Positions 18,702 to 28,564 of a stretch of DNA of 64,000 bases are shown here, piece by piece. The notes below the pieces were generated by a model. It did no database searches and was not told where the DNA came from. It saw only the letters and a list, made by a program, of their open reading frames with translations. Positions within the stretch are counted from its first letter, which is position 1. Every line of letters begins with the position of its first letter. The translations under genes were made by a program, and so were the position numbers. This DNA is from an uncultured Clostridia bacterium (lineage in GTDB: Bacteria > Bacillota > Clostridia > Christensenellales > CAG-917): NCBI GenBank assembly GCA_944363035.1, contig CALVTS010000006.1:14382-78381 (forward strand), in the 5' to 3' direction.

Positions 18702-20252
18702 ATGTCTCCACGCAAATCGTTTGAGGAACTTGCCAAGATCAACGTCTCCAACCTTGTGGACTACGCCGTCAACAACCTTTCTCTGGACGAAGCGGACGTA
18801 GTTTTCGCCACAAACACCCTGCTTGATATGCTCCGTCTCACGGAGCCGTCCGACGCGCCCGTGGGCAAATACGACTTTTACACCAGTCTTACCGCGCTTT
18901 CGGATCACGCGATACGCAAGGGCATCTGCGAGGAGAGCGACCGCGCCCTCTTCGAGACGCGCATAATGGGCGCGCTCACTCCCGCGCCGTCCAAGGTCAT
19001 AGAGACCTTTGACAACATCGCGGCGCGCGACGGGAGCATGAAAGCCGCCGAATGGCTGGAAGCGCTTTCGGAAAGATCGGCGTACATCCGCCGCCCCGAC
19101 ATAGACCGCAACGTGCAATGGGAATACGACAACCCCAGGGGGAAGATCGTCATCACGATAAATCTCGCGAAGCCCGAAAAGACCCCCGAGGAGGTCAGGC
19201 GCGCCAAGGAAGCCAAGACGGGCTATCCCAAATGCCTGCTCTGCGCCGAGAATGTGGGCTTTTGCGGCAACGCGGCTCATCCCGCCCGCCAGACCCTGCG
19301 CACCATCCCCTTTGAGCTGGACGGCGAGGACTGGTTCATGCAATTCTCCCCTTACGTCTACTTCGAACAGCACATGATAGCGGTCTCCCGCGAGCATCGT
19401 CCCATGAACGTCAACGCCGCGACATTCCGCCGTATGCTGGATTTTGTGGATCTCTTCCCGGGCTACTTCATCGGCTCCAACGCGGCTCTGCCCATCGTGG
19501 GAGGCTCCATCCTTGCGCACGACCACTATCAGGGCGGCAAAAAGGTGCTCCCCATCTTCTCGGCGGGAGCGCGCAAACGCTATCTGATGAAGGACTTCCC
19601 CGACGTCAACGTCTCCATCGCCGAATGGTACAATTCGGTGGTGAGGCTGGAAAGCAAAAACCGCGCCATGCTCCTGGACGCGGCTGAAAAATTCCGCAGC
19701 GCGTGGGAAAACTACTCCGACGAGGGCGCGGACATCATCTGCCGCACCGCGAATGCGGACGGCTCTTCCACTCCTCACAACGCGGTCACTCCCACCGCCT
19801 GTTTCAATGACGACGGCGAGTATCAGATAAACCTCATCCTGCGCAACAACCGCACGGACGAGAAGCACCCCTACGGCATCTTCCACCCCGCCGAAGAGCT
19901 TCACAACATCAAGCAGGAAGCCATAGGCATAATCGAGGTGCAAGGGCTCTTCATCCTGCCCGGCAGACTGCAACGGGAATCCGAACAGATAAAGGACATC
20001 CTGACGGGCAAGACCCCCCTGGACTTCAAAGCCATCGCCGAGGATGGACATCCCCTCAACAAGCACCTGGGCATGATAGCCCAGCTCGTCGCGGACGGCG
20101 GCACCGAAATGTCCGAGGAAAAGGCGGAAAACGCCATCACGGACTATATCAACTCTGCCTGCGAAAAGATCCTGGACACCACGGCGGTCTTCAAAAACAC
20201 AGAGGACGGTCAGGCGCGCTTTGACAAGTTCATAAGGTCGGTGACCGAATGA
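18702..20252 (+). CDS. galT: UDP-glucose--hexose-1-phosphate uridylyltransferase (type 2)
   Basis: About 500 aa. GGSILAHDHYQGG motif typical of Firmicute GalT. Divergent from galK. Start set at ATG 18702 after AAGGGG. Confidence 0.9.
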   Translation: MSPRKSFEELAKINVSNLVDYAVNNLSLDEADVVFATNTLLDMLRLTEPSDAPVGKYDFYTSLTALSDHAIRKGICEESDRALFETRIMGALTPAPSKVIETFDNIAARDGSMKAAEWLEALSERSAYIRRPDIDRNVQWEYDNPRGKIVITINLAKPEKTPEEVRRAKEAKTGYPKCLLCAENVGFCGNAAHPARQTLRTIPFELDGEDWFMQFSPYVYFEQHMIAVSREHRPMNVNAATFRRMLDFVDLFPGYFIGSNAALPIVGGSILAHDHYQGGKKVLPIFSAGARKRYLMKDFPDVNVSIAEWYNSVVRLESKNRAMLLDAAEKFRSAWENYSDEGADIICRTANADGSSTPHNAVTPTACFNDDGEYQINLILRNNRTDEKHPYGIFHPAEELHNIKQEAIGIIEVQGLFILPGRLQRESEQIKDILTGKTPLDFKAIAEDGHPLNKHLGMIAQLVADGGTEMSEEKAENAITDYINSACEKILDTTAVFKNTEDGQARFDKFIRSVTE

Positions 20253-20278
20253 GCGCGCAGGATATGACGCCATGAGCC

Positions 20279-20305
20279 GAAAGCCGCTCCCCCGAGCGGC
20301 TTTTT
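20279..20305 (+). terminator. Rho-independent terminator (galT)
   Basis: AAGCCGCTC-CCCC-GAGCGGCTT followed by TTT. Confidence 0.7.
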
Positions 20306-20457
20306 CATACCCTGCCGAAAAGCGGGAGACGTCCTCCGGAAGGGCGGAGCCCCTCCTCTTTTTCATCCACCCTCCTTTTGGATCATCTTCCGACGGGAGA
20401 GCATAATGTGTCTCCCTCCCGCGCCCGCAACGACTGCTCTCCCTATGCCCTTCCGGC

Positions 20458-20704
20458 ATGCCGGAGCGGAATAATACGGATCGGGTCCCGCGCCGCTGAT
20501 CTCATCTCGAAACGCGTCATTCGCTTTATCTCTCAGCCAATGATCGGGCGGCGCAGAACTGCTCGCACCTCAGAGCAAAAGATTTTCGGATGATTTTTTG
20601 CTGATGGGGCGCAGTCAATAGTATACATATTGGCAAGCCCCAACTGCGGAAAAGCGCCGAAAAGAATTACTCTGAGGCAGATCCGTATTATTTCGGCCCG
20701 GCAT
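20458..20704. mobile_element. MITE-like foldback element, full copy A
   Basis: Termini ATGCCGGAGCGGAATAATACGGATC and GATCCGTATTATTTCGGCCCGGCAT form inverted repeats. No ORF. Its reverse complement aligns along its length with 31044-31339. Confidence 0.6.
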
Positions 20705-20819
20705 CACAAAAAAAACGCATATTTCCGGGACGGGGGTTGAAAATAAACTTGGCGTATTATATAATATGTCACGAAAAAAACGGTTCGGCGTGCCGCGCCG
20801 TATCATGAGAGGTGATATA

Positions 20820-21341
20820 ATGGCTAAAAAGATCCAAACAACCGCCAAAATGACGGACAACAGCGTGATGCTTTGCCTGCTCTTCATCGTTCTGGGTGTG
20901 CTCTTCATCTGGCTGGAAAGCGCAGTCGCCGCCATCGCGATGATGACCATCGGCGTCATTGCCACAGTGCTCGGACTCTTTGAACTCTTCCACAAAAACT
21001 GGGTGATGGGCGTCATCGAACTGCTCATCGGCATAGGGCTCATACTTGTCGCGGCGCTTGCTCCCGATGTGGTCATCCTCATCCTGGGCATCGCGATAAT
21101 GCTCTTTGCGGTGCTTGTGCTCGTGATGGGGCTGAAGAGCTTCAAGGGGATGTCCACAGTCTCCAAAGTGCTGTATATCCTCACCATCCTGTTCGCGCTG
21201 GTCGTGGGCATCCTGTTCGTGGTCGCCTACGTAGAGGGCGGTATCGAGGGCATCTACGTCGCCATCGGCGCGATAAGCCTCGCGGTGGGCGTTGTCATGC
21301 TGGTGAAAGCGGCGCTCACGAGCGGACGCAAAGCGGTCTGA
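20820..21341 (+). CDS. small polytopic membrane protein (HdeD/DUF308-like, tentative)
   Basis: Five or six hydrophobic helices. RBS GAGAGGTGA. Followed by a strong terminator. Confidence 0.6.
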   Translation: MAKKIQTTAKMTDNSVMLCLLFIVLGVLFIWLESAVAAIAMMTIGVIATVLGLFELFHKNWVMGVIELLIGIGLILVAALAPDVVILILGIAIMLFAVLVLVMGLKSFKGMSTVSKVLYILTILFALVVGILFVVAYVEGGIEGIYVAIGAISLAVGVVMLVKAALTSGRKAV

Positions 21342-21357
21342 CCCGCAGACGCACATC

Positions 21358-21391
21358 AAAAAATCCCGTTGCGCTCGCAACGGGATTTTTT
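21358..21391 (+). terminator. Rho-independent (bidirectional) terminator
   Basis: AAAAAATCCCGTTGCG-CTC-GCAACGGGATTTTTT. Confidence 0.85.
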
Positions 21392-21419
21392 CTTTTGTAT
21401 TCGTTTCTTTCTTGTTTAT

Positions 21420-21479
21420 CGTACTCATGACCGTACTCATGACCGCGCGCATGACCGTGCGTATATCGCGTGTATATCG
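21420..21479. repeat. short tandem repeats (12-mer x3, then 11-13-mer x2)
   Basis: CGTACTCATGAC CGTACTCATGAC CGCGCGCATGAC CGTGCGTATATCG CGTGTATATCG. Confidence 0.75.
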
Positions 21480-21618
21480 TACGGGTAACGTGCTCTTATT
21501 ATACGGATATGGCGCTCGTATCGTACGCATACCGTGCGCATACGCCCGCTTTTCCGTCGCGAGCACGTCCGAGCGGACGGCGAAGGGGGCGGACACTCTC
21601 CCCTCCCGCCGCCGAAGG

Positions 21619-24354
21619 TCACTCGCTCCTGAGCGCCACGGTCGGATCCTTCTTGGACGCCACCCTCGAGGGGATGAACCCTGCAAGCACGCTGAGCACA
21701 ATGCTTATCCCGAACATCACCAGGCACTGCCACCACGACACCGCCATGAGCCCGCTTATGCCCAGCACCGCCGCGAGTATCGCGCTGCCCGCGAAGGAGA
21801 ACGCCACCGCGACCAGCACTCCTATCGCGCCCGAATACGCGCCGAGTATGGCGGATTCCGCAATGAACACTCGGGAGATATCCTTCTTTCTCGCGCCCAG
21901 GCTTCGGAGCACGCCTATCTCCTTGCGGCGTTCGAGCACGGAGGTATAGATGATGATGGCGATCATTATCGTGGACACGATGAGGGATATGGCGGCAAAG
22001 CCCACGAGCACCTGAGTGACGGTGTCGCTCATCTCCTCCACGAAGGACATTATGATGGCTAGCTGATCGGTGTACTTCACCGGTCTGCCCGTCTCCTCGG
22101 TGTAGTTTTTGAGGAAAGCCTCGATCTCAGCCTTGCTGTCGAACGAATGGCTGTATATCTTGATGGTCTGCGGAGTTTCGGGGTCGGCGACGCCCAACTT
22201 GCGCATGACTTCGGTGTGCATGGCAAAGGAAGTGATCTCGGTGCCCACGCCCACCGCGACGCCGTCCTCGGGCACGTTGTCGCCGTCGTATATCACGTTG
22301 CCGACGTTGACGACGGACTTATACTTCTTGAAATTCTGATAGGTTATCTCCGTCACGGGATAGTCGCCCGTGTTCTTGTTCGCGGCGGCGAGAGCGGCTT
22401 GGAGCTGAGACTGCGCGGCTTCGCTCTCCTCCGCCTTTTCGAGCATGAGCTCGCTCAACGCGTGCGTGTAACCTATATACCCGTTGATGGAGGTGACGGT
22501 GACTCCCTTTTTGGGACGGACAATGCCCACCACCTTTATGGGCACGGAATCCATCGCGTCCACGGTGGCTTTGTCAAGAGTGTTGCGGGGAAGAGGGGTC
22601 GCGGAATACACCCATTCGCCGTTTTCGTCCTGTTGCATATAATATTCCGCGTCAGAGACCACCTTGTATTCCTTGCCGATGAGGTCCTCGATGTCGAAAG
22701 ACTCATAAAATTCGCTGTTCTTATCCCCGCTTCCTATGACCGTGCCGAGATCGTCCTGAGAGCGGAGCCCCAGGATGAACATCGCAAAGTCGGGAAGGGA
22801 GTTGTACTTGTCCACCACGATGACCACTTCGTTGGCATTCTCGGGCCAGCGGGAACCGTCGCCGATGAGGTCGTACTGCCTGTCCAGCAGATCCCTGTTT
22901 GCGGAGATCTCGTCCCAGCCTGCGCCAAAGGTGCTCGCCATCGCCGCCATGTCCGAATTGAGCCAGGGAGGCATAGCGTCGGTGAAGGGATTGACCTTCA
23001 TATACTTGTCGTCATTCTTCGGGTCGTCGGTGTAGATGTTGAGAGTGGTCCCGTATTCATACTTGACCACGCCCATCTCGGACACCTCATCTTCATGCGC
23101 GTCGAGATATTTTTTGAGTTCTTTGAGGTTGTTTTTGGTGAGCAGATCGCCGTGGAGCAGCTCCTTGAGCACGTTGCCGAGCACGACGTCCACGTTCACT
23201 TTGTCGTCAGAGGGATATTCCTCCCCTTTCTCTCCCGTCTGCCCCAATACCATGTCGATGAGCTGACCGTAGTCTATGCCCTGGGACTCTATCGTGATGG
23301 GGTACTGCGAAAGAGCGTTCTCCTCAAGACCTGCGATATAACTGCCCACGCCGTTGGAGAGAGCGAGCACGACCACTATGCCGATGATGCCTATGCTCCC
23401 CGCGATGGAGGTGAGCAGGGTGCGACCCTTTTTGCTGAGCAGGTTTGTCCACGAAAGATTGACCGCCGTGCCCACGGACATATAGGATTGCTCCCTCTTT
23501 TTGATGGCGCGTATCCTCTCCCTTATGCGGGCAAAGAAGCCTTTTTTTGCGGCGGGCGCCTTTTCCTCGGCGGAGACGGGATTGCCGTTTTCGTCCAAAA
23601 CGATGTTTGAACTTGCGTTTTCTGTGCCGTCAACGTCCTCTTTTGCAAATTCCGCCACTTTGGCTTCCTCGGCGTGATCGTAGGGCATGGTGTCTCCCAC
23701 CACCTCGCCGTCTTTCAGTCTTACGATGCGGGTGCTGTATTCCTCGGCGAGCTGTCCGTTGTGGGTGACCATGATGACCAGCCTGTCCTTTGCCACCTCT
23801 TTCAGAAGCTCCATCACCTGCAGACCGGACTCGCTGTCCAGCGCGCCCGTGGGTTCGTCCGCGAGGATGATGTCGGGATTGTTGACGAGCGCGCGGGCTA
23901 TCGCCACGCGTTGCATCTGACCGCCGGACATCTGATTGGGCTTCTTTTTCGCCTGTTTTTCCAGCCCCACCTTTTTCAGGGCTTCCATGGCGCGCTCTCT
24001 GCCCTCCTCCTTGGACACGCCCGCGAGGGTAAGGCTGAGTTGCACGTTTTTGAGCACGTTCATGTGCGGGATGAGGTTGTAGGACTGGAAGACGAAACCT
24101 ATGCGCCTGTTGCGGTAGGTGTCCCAATCCTCGTCGCGGTACTGCTTGGTGGAGACGCCCTCCACCTGTATGTCGCCGCTCGTATAGCGGTCCAGTCCGC
24201 CTATGATGTTGAGCAGAGTTGTCTTGCCGCACCCCGAGGGTCCCAGGATGGAGACAAATTCGTTCTGCCTGAACTCGATGGACACGTTGCGGAGCGCGAG
24301 CACGCTCTCGTCCTCAGTCCTGTACTCTTTCGTGATGTCTACAAGTTTCAGCAT
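21619..24354 (-). CDS. fused ABC transporter ATP-binding / FtsX-type permease protein (MacB-like)
   Basis: Walker A GPSGCGKTT, signature MSGGQMQRVAIARA, Walker B ILADEPTGALD, C-terminal FtsX-like TM bundle. Start set at MLKLVDITKEY (ATG 24354, RBS GAGAGGTGA). Confidence 0.85.
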   Translation of the reverse strand: MLKLVDITKEYRTEDESVLALRNVSIEFRQNEFVSILGPSGCGKTTLLNIIGGLDRYTSGDIQVEGVSTKQYRDEDWDTYRNRRIGFVFQSYNLIPHMNVLKNVQLSLTLAGVSKEEGRERAMEALKKVGLEKQAKKKPNQMSGGQMQRVAIARALVNNPDIILADEPTGALDSESGLQVMELLKEVAKDRLVIMVTHNGQLAEEYSTRIVRLKDGEVVGDTMPYDHAEEAKVAEFAKEDVDGTENASSNIVLDENGNPVSAEEKAPAAKKGFFARIRERIRAIKKREQSYMSVGTAVNLSWTNLLSKKGRTLLTSIAGSIGIIGIVVVLALSNGVGSYIAGLEENALSQYPITIESQGIDYGQLIDMVLGQTGEKGEEYPSDDKVNVDVVLGNVLKELLHGDLLTKNNLKELKKYLDAHEDEVSEMGVVKYEYGTTLNIYTDDPKNDDKYMKVNPFTDAMPPWLNSDMAAMASTFGAGWDEISANRDLLDRQYDLIGDGSRWPENANEVVIVVDKYNSLPDFAMFILGLRSQDDLGTVIGSGDKNSEFYESFDIEDLIGKEYKVVSDAEYYMQQDENGEWVYSATPLPRNTLDKATVDAMDSVPIKVVGIVRPKKGVTVTSINGYIGYTHALSELMLEKAEESEAAQSQLQAALAAANKNTGDYPVTEITYQNFKKYKSVVNVGNVIYDGDNVPEDGVAVGVGTEITSFAMHTEVMRKLGVADPETPQTIKIYSHSFDSKAEIEAFLKNYTEETGRPVKYTDQLAIIMSFVEEMSDTVTQVLVGFAAISLIVSTIMIAIIIYTSVLERRKEIGVLRSLGARKKDISRVFIAESAILGAYSGAIGVLVAVAFSFAGSAILAAVLGISGLMAVSWWQCLVMFGISIVLSVLAGFIPSRVASKKDPTVALRSE

Positions 24355-24518
24355 AGTCACCTCTCTAGTCCGCCCCACGCGGACGAAACAAGCGTTTTTT
24401 CTCTCTCGTATCCCCCAAACTATTGAACGCAAAATATAATAACACAACAAGTGTTGAATTACCATTAAATTTCGCTTAAAAATACATCTTATTAAAAAAA
24501 ATAAAAAATACAAAATAA

Positions 24519-24559
24519 GCGTATGCGTCCGCGCGCATACGCAGACGGGACGCATACGG
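24519..24559. promoter_or_regulatory. inverted repeat plus third half-site in divergent ABC / Na-Pi transporter control region
   Basis: GCGTATGCG (24519-24527), spacer TCCGCG, CGCATACGC (24534-24542), then CGCATACGG (24551-24559). Confidence 0.35.
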
Positions 24560-24749
24560 GCTCGGACACGGGGAAGAGGAGCAAAACTATTTTCCCTCTT
24601 CGACGTCTTTTTACAATTTTGTGACAACTAAATGACATGTTCCGTGTTAGACTGAGACCGTAAGCGACAGAACACGGGCGCGGCGAAGCGGGCACGCGCC
24701 ATACGGGGCGGCTCCGCCTCGGTCCAAAAAACAGGGATAACGGTGAACA

Positions 24750-26459
24750 ATGGAATACGCATATGCTGTATTTGAGCTCCTCGCAGGGCTCGGCGCCTTC
24801 CTGATAGGCGTCAAACTGCTCTCCGACAACATGGAAAAGCTGGCGACGGGAAAGATGCGCTCGCTCTTCCACCGCGCTTCGGGCAAAGTCGAGATCCCCG
24901 AGGGCGCGACCAAAAAGGAAAAATTCCGCGCCAAGGCAAAAGAGTGGTCCGGCAATCTCGCGGGCGTAGGCATAGGCACGGCGGTGACGGCGGTCATACA
25001 GAGCTCCTCTCTGACGACGGTCATGGTCGTGGGTCTGGTCAACGCGGGGGTCATGACTCTGACGCAAGCCACCACCATCACGATGGGAGCAAACATCGGC
25101 ACCACCATCACGGCGCAGATAGCGGCGCTTTCGGCGTTCGACTTCGCGGCGTTCGCGATGGGGCTCACGGGCATAGGCGTCCTCATCGCCTACGCCACCA
25201 AAAAGGAGAAAGTGCAGACGATATGCTACGCCTTGGCGGGGCTCGGGCTCGTGTTCGTGGGCTTGGACGTCATGGACGCGAGCATGGATTTCTTTCAGGA
25301 AAGCCAGGTCATCGTGGACCTTTTCGCGAGCATAACCAATCCTTTCCTGCTCTTCTTCCTGGGCATGGCGGTCACCGCGATAATCCAAAGTTCGTCCGCG
25401 CTCACGGTCATCCTCATCGCGATGGCGGAGAGCGGCATCCTGATAGGCGGAGGCGGGAATGCGGTGCTCTACGTCGTGCTGGGCACCAACGTCGGCACCT
25501 GCGTGACGGCACTCCTCTCCTGCATAGGCACCTCAATAAACGCCAAGCGAGCGGCGATGATACACCTGCTGTTCAACGTCATCGGCTCAATAATATTCTT
25601 CATCATACTGGTGTGCTGGCCGGATATGAACAAGGTGACCCTCGAAACATGGCTCCCCGACAACCCCGGGATGCAGATCGCGATGTTCCACACCTTCTTC
25701 AACGTGATAAGCACCATTCTCTTCCTGCCCTTCACCAACGGGCTCGTCAAGCTCTCCGAGCTCATAGTGCGCCCGAAGAAGAAGCCCGGGACGGAGGAGG
25801 ACGAGGCTCCCTCCCGTCTGGACAAGCGTCTGCTCCCCACCCCCGCGCTCGCGGTGGACAGCGCCACGGAGGAAGCGGCGGTCACCCTGTCCAAGGCTGT
25901 CGGCAGTCTGCGTACGGCTGTGGAAGGGTTCATCGAACAGGACGTCGGCAAGACGGATCTCGTCATCGCGGAAAATACGGCTGTGGACGAGGCTCTCGGC
26001 AGGATAGACGCCTATCTGGTGCAAGTCTCATCCTACGACTCCACTCTGGACACCGAGAGGCGCATCGCCGCCCTGCACTCCTGCCTCGGCGACATCCACC
26101 GCGTGGGCGAACTCGCGCAGAACGTCACCAAATATACCCGCCGCACCCAGAAGGACAGCCTCTATTTCTCCCCCAAAGTCAAGGATGACGTCAGGGATAT
26201 GTACGAGCTGTTGGAAAGGATGTCGAAAAAGGCGGGCGAGATACTGACCTCGGGCGCGACGGAGGACATCGCATCCATAGACGAGCTGGAAAACGAGATC
26301 GACGCACGCCGCAAACGCCTCATCAAAGAGCACGTCGCAAGACTGGGCAGCGGAGAATGCCGCCCCGAAAGCAGCGGTGTGTTCGTCAACCTCGTGTGCA
26401 ACCTCGAACGCGTGGGCGACCACCTCAACTATATCGCTCACTCTTCCGAAACCAACTGA
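24750..26459 (+). CDS. Na/Pi cotransporter family protein with PhoU-like C-terminal domain
   Basis: Duplicated QSSS motifs (VIQSSSLTT, IIQSSSALT). Helical PhoU-like C-terminus. Confidence 0.85.
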   Translation: MEYAYAVFELLAGLGAFLIGVKLLSDNMEKLATGKMRSLFHRASGKVEIPEGATKKEKFRAKAKEWSGNLAGVGIGTAVTAVIQSSSLTTVMVVGLVNAGVMTLTQATTITMGANIGTTITAQIAALSAFDFAAFAMGLTGIGVLIAYATKKEKVQTICYALAGLGLVFVGLDVMDASMDFFQESQVIVDLFASITNPFLLFFLGMAVTAIIQSSSALTVILIAMAESGILIGGGGNAVLYVVLGTNVGTCVTALLSCIGTSINAKRAAMIHLLFNVIGSIIFFIILVCWPDMNKVTLETWLPDNPGMQIAMFHTFFNVISTILFLPFTNGLVKLSELIVRPKKKPGTEEDEAPSRLDKRLLPTPALAVDSATEEAAVTLSKAVGSLRTAVEGFIEQDVGKTDLVIAENTAVDEALGRIDAYLVQVSSYDSTLDTERRIAALHSCLGDIHRVGELAQNVTKYTRRTQKDSLYFSPKVKDDVRDMYELLERMSKKAGEILTSGATEDIASIDELENEIDARRKRLIKEHVARLGSGECRPESSGVFVNLVCNLERVGDHLNYIAHSSETN

Positions 26460-26470
26460 TCGGAGACGGT

Positions 26471-27121
26471 ATGGAAAAACTCGTTTATCTTCTCGAAGAC
26501 GACGACGGCATCGCGGACCTTGTCAAATGCACCCTGCAACTCGGGGATGTGGAATGCCGCACCTTCGGCACCGTGAAAGCATTCGAGGACGCCTCGGCGG
26601 AACGTCTGCCCTCCATCGCGGTGCTGGACATCATGCTCCCCGACGGCAACGGGCTGGACGTGCTCACCCGCATGAAACGCAGACACCCCGAAGTGTACTG
26701 CATCATGCTCTCCGCCCTCGGCAAGGAATCCGACAAAGTGACGGGGCTCAACCTCGGCGCGGACGATTACATAGCAAAGCCTTTCGGTATCCTGGAATTT
26801 TCCGCCAAGATAGCCGCCGTCTTCCGCAGGATAAAAAAGAGCCCTACCACCCTCTCGGCGGGAGAAGTGGTCATGGACCTCGAAAAGATGACCGTCACCC
26901 TGAAAGGGGAAGAGGTCTCCCTCTCGGGCAAGGAATTCAAACTGCTCAGATATTCCCTGGAAAACCCCGACAAAGTGCTCACCCGCGACGAGCTACTCTC
27001 CAACGTGTGGGGCTACGAGGGGGGAGAGACCAGGACGATAGACAACTACGTCAGCCACCTGAGAAAACTCGGTTTCAACTATGAGACCGTGTTCGGAGTG
27101 GGCTACAAATACAAAGCGTGA
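26471..27121 (+). CDS. OmpR/PhoB-family response regulator
   Basis: Receiver domain (LLEDDD...DIMLPDGNGLD) plus a winged-helix output domain. Start set at MEKLVYLLEDDD. Confidence 0.9.
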   Translation: MEKLVYLLEDDDGIADLVKCTLQLGDVECRTFGTVKAFEDASAERLPSIAVLDIMLPDGNGLDVLTRMKRRHPEVYCIMLSALGKESDKVTGLNLGADDYIAKPFGILEFSAKIAAVFRRIKKSPTTLSAGEVVMDLEKMTVTLKGEEVSLSGKEFKLLRYSLENPDKVLTRDELLSNVWGYEGGETRTIDNYVSHLRKLGFNYETVFGVGYKYKA

Positions 27122-28473
27122 TGAGAAAGCGCATCCTCCTTCTCACTCTTGCCGTCACTCTGCTGGGACTCGTGATATTTTCCGCAGTCTCTGCAAACAT
27201 TTCCTACCGCACCCTCATCGAAAACACCCGCAGGATAGCCTCCGCTCAGCTGAACGCCCTCACCGCAGAGGACGTGGGCGCGGGGGACGAAGCCGCGGCT
27301 CTCGCGCTCTCCCGCCATATGGGAGGTCTGCGCATCACCTTTTTGGACTCCGAAGGGATGGTCACGGGGGACAGCTTCGGCGTCGCCGCAGGGGACTCCC
27401 GCGCAGACAGGGAGGAAGTCTCCGCCGCCATGGCGGGAGGGGAAGGCTTTTCCACCCGCCACTCGGACACCACGGGGGAAGAGATGCTCTATGTGTGCCG
27501 CGCGCTGGGAGAGGGATATGTGCGCATAGGACTGCCCGTCTCCTCCCAGACGGACGCCTTTTTGGACTCCCTGCCCGCGCTCATAGGCTTCCTCGTCCTG
27601 GACATAGCGGTGTGCCTCGTGTTCTCCTACTTCGCCACCGACTACGCGCTGAGACCTGTCAAGGAGCTGGCTCTGCGCTCGCGAGGCGAGGAGCTCCTCT
27701 CCACATCCTATAAGGAGCTCTACCCAATAGCGGAGATACTCAACCGCAAGAATGAGGAGATCCGCGCGCAGATGAACGTGATCGGGGAGGAACAACAGCG
27801 CGTCGCGCGTGCGACGGAATCCAAAAACGAATTCATCTCCAACATCTCCCACGAGATGAACACCCCCCTCACGAGCATAAAGGGGTTCGCCGAGCTTCTG
27901 GAACACGGAGACCTCGACGAGGAGACCAAGAAAAAAGCCTACCGCATCATCAAATCCCAGGCGGACAGGCTCTCGGGGCTCATCGCGAGCATAATCAATT
28001 TCAACGAACTGGACAACGACGAACTGCCCTGCTTCGACTGCGACGTGGCTCTCGCCGCCAAAGAGACGGCGGAATCCCTGCGCGCGGACATAGAAGGCAG
28101 AGGGCTCACCCTCACCGTGGACGCCGAAGAACCTCTCATCGTCCCCACCCGTCCCGAGAGACTTCAAGAGATATTCGGCAACCTCATCCGCAACGCCACA
28201 AAGTATAACAAGGAAAACGGGAGCATCTCGGTGGTGGTCAGGGCGGGGCGCGCGCCTTACGCCGAAGTGTCCGACACGGGCATAGGCATTTCCGAGGAGA
28301 ACCTGAAACGCGTATTCGCCCGCTTCTTCACCGTGGACAGATCGCACAGCGGGAAGCACGGCGGATTCGGGCTCGGGCTCGCCGTCGTGAAAAAGCTCTG
28401 CGACCGCGCGGGTTGGCGTCTCAAAGTGGACAGCGAGCTCGGCAAGGGCACGACTTTCAGGATAGAATTCTGA
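27118..28473 (+). CDS. sensor histidine kinase
   Basis: Two TM helices flanking a sensor domain. H-box SHEMNTPLTSI, N-box IRNATKYN, G-boxes DTGIGI and GGFGLGLAVV. Overlaps the response regulator stop. Confidence 0.9.
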   Translation: MMRKRILLLTLAVTLLGLVIFSAVSANISYRTLIENTRRIASAQLNALTAEDVGAGDEAAALALSRHMGGLRITFLDSEGMVTGDSFGVAAGDSRADREEVSAAMAGGEGFSTRHSDTTGEEMLYVCRALGEGYVRIGLPVSSQTDAFLDSLPALIGFLVLDIAVCLVFSYFATDYALRPVKELALRSRGEELLSTSYKELYPIAEILNRKNEEIRAQMNVIGEEQQRVARATESKNEFISNISHEMNTPLTSIKGFAELLEHGDLDEETKKKAYRIIKSQADRLSGLIASIINFNELDNDELPCFDCDVALAAKETAESLRADIEGRGLTLTVDAEEPLIVPTRPERLQEIFGNLIRNATKYNKENGSISVVVRAGRAPYAEVSDTGIGISEENLKRVFARFFTVDRSHSGKHGGFGLGLAVVKKLCDRAGWRLKVDSELGKGTTFRIEF

Positions 28474-28507
28474 ACTGTTTATAACAAAAAAGCGACTTTC
28501 ATACAAC

Positions 28508-28534
28508 AAAAACGCCGCGTAAAGCGGCGTTTTT
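28508..28534. terminator. bidirectional terminator between the histidine kinase and epimerase genes
   Basis: AAAAACGCCGC-GTAAA-GCGGCGTTTTT. Confidence 0.8.
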
Positions 28535-28564
28535 GTCATTTCATGTGTTTGCCGTCTTTCCGGC

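Noticed and set aside
21619-28473. BceAB/BceRS-type peptide-antibiotic sensing module (ABC transporter next to a two-component system)
   Set aside because: The permease is a fused MacB/FtsX type with a single large extracytoplasmic domain, not a 10-TM BceB. The kinase has a sizeable extracytoplasmic sensor domain. A divergently transcribed Na/Pi transporter gene separates the two. Adjacency alone is insufficient.
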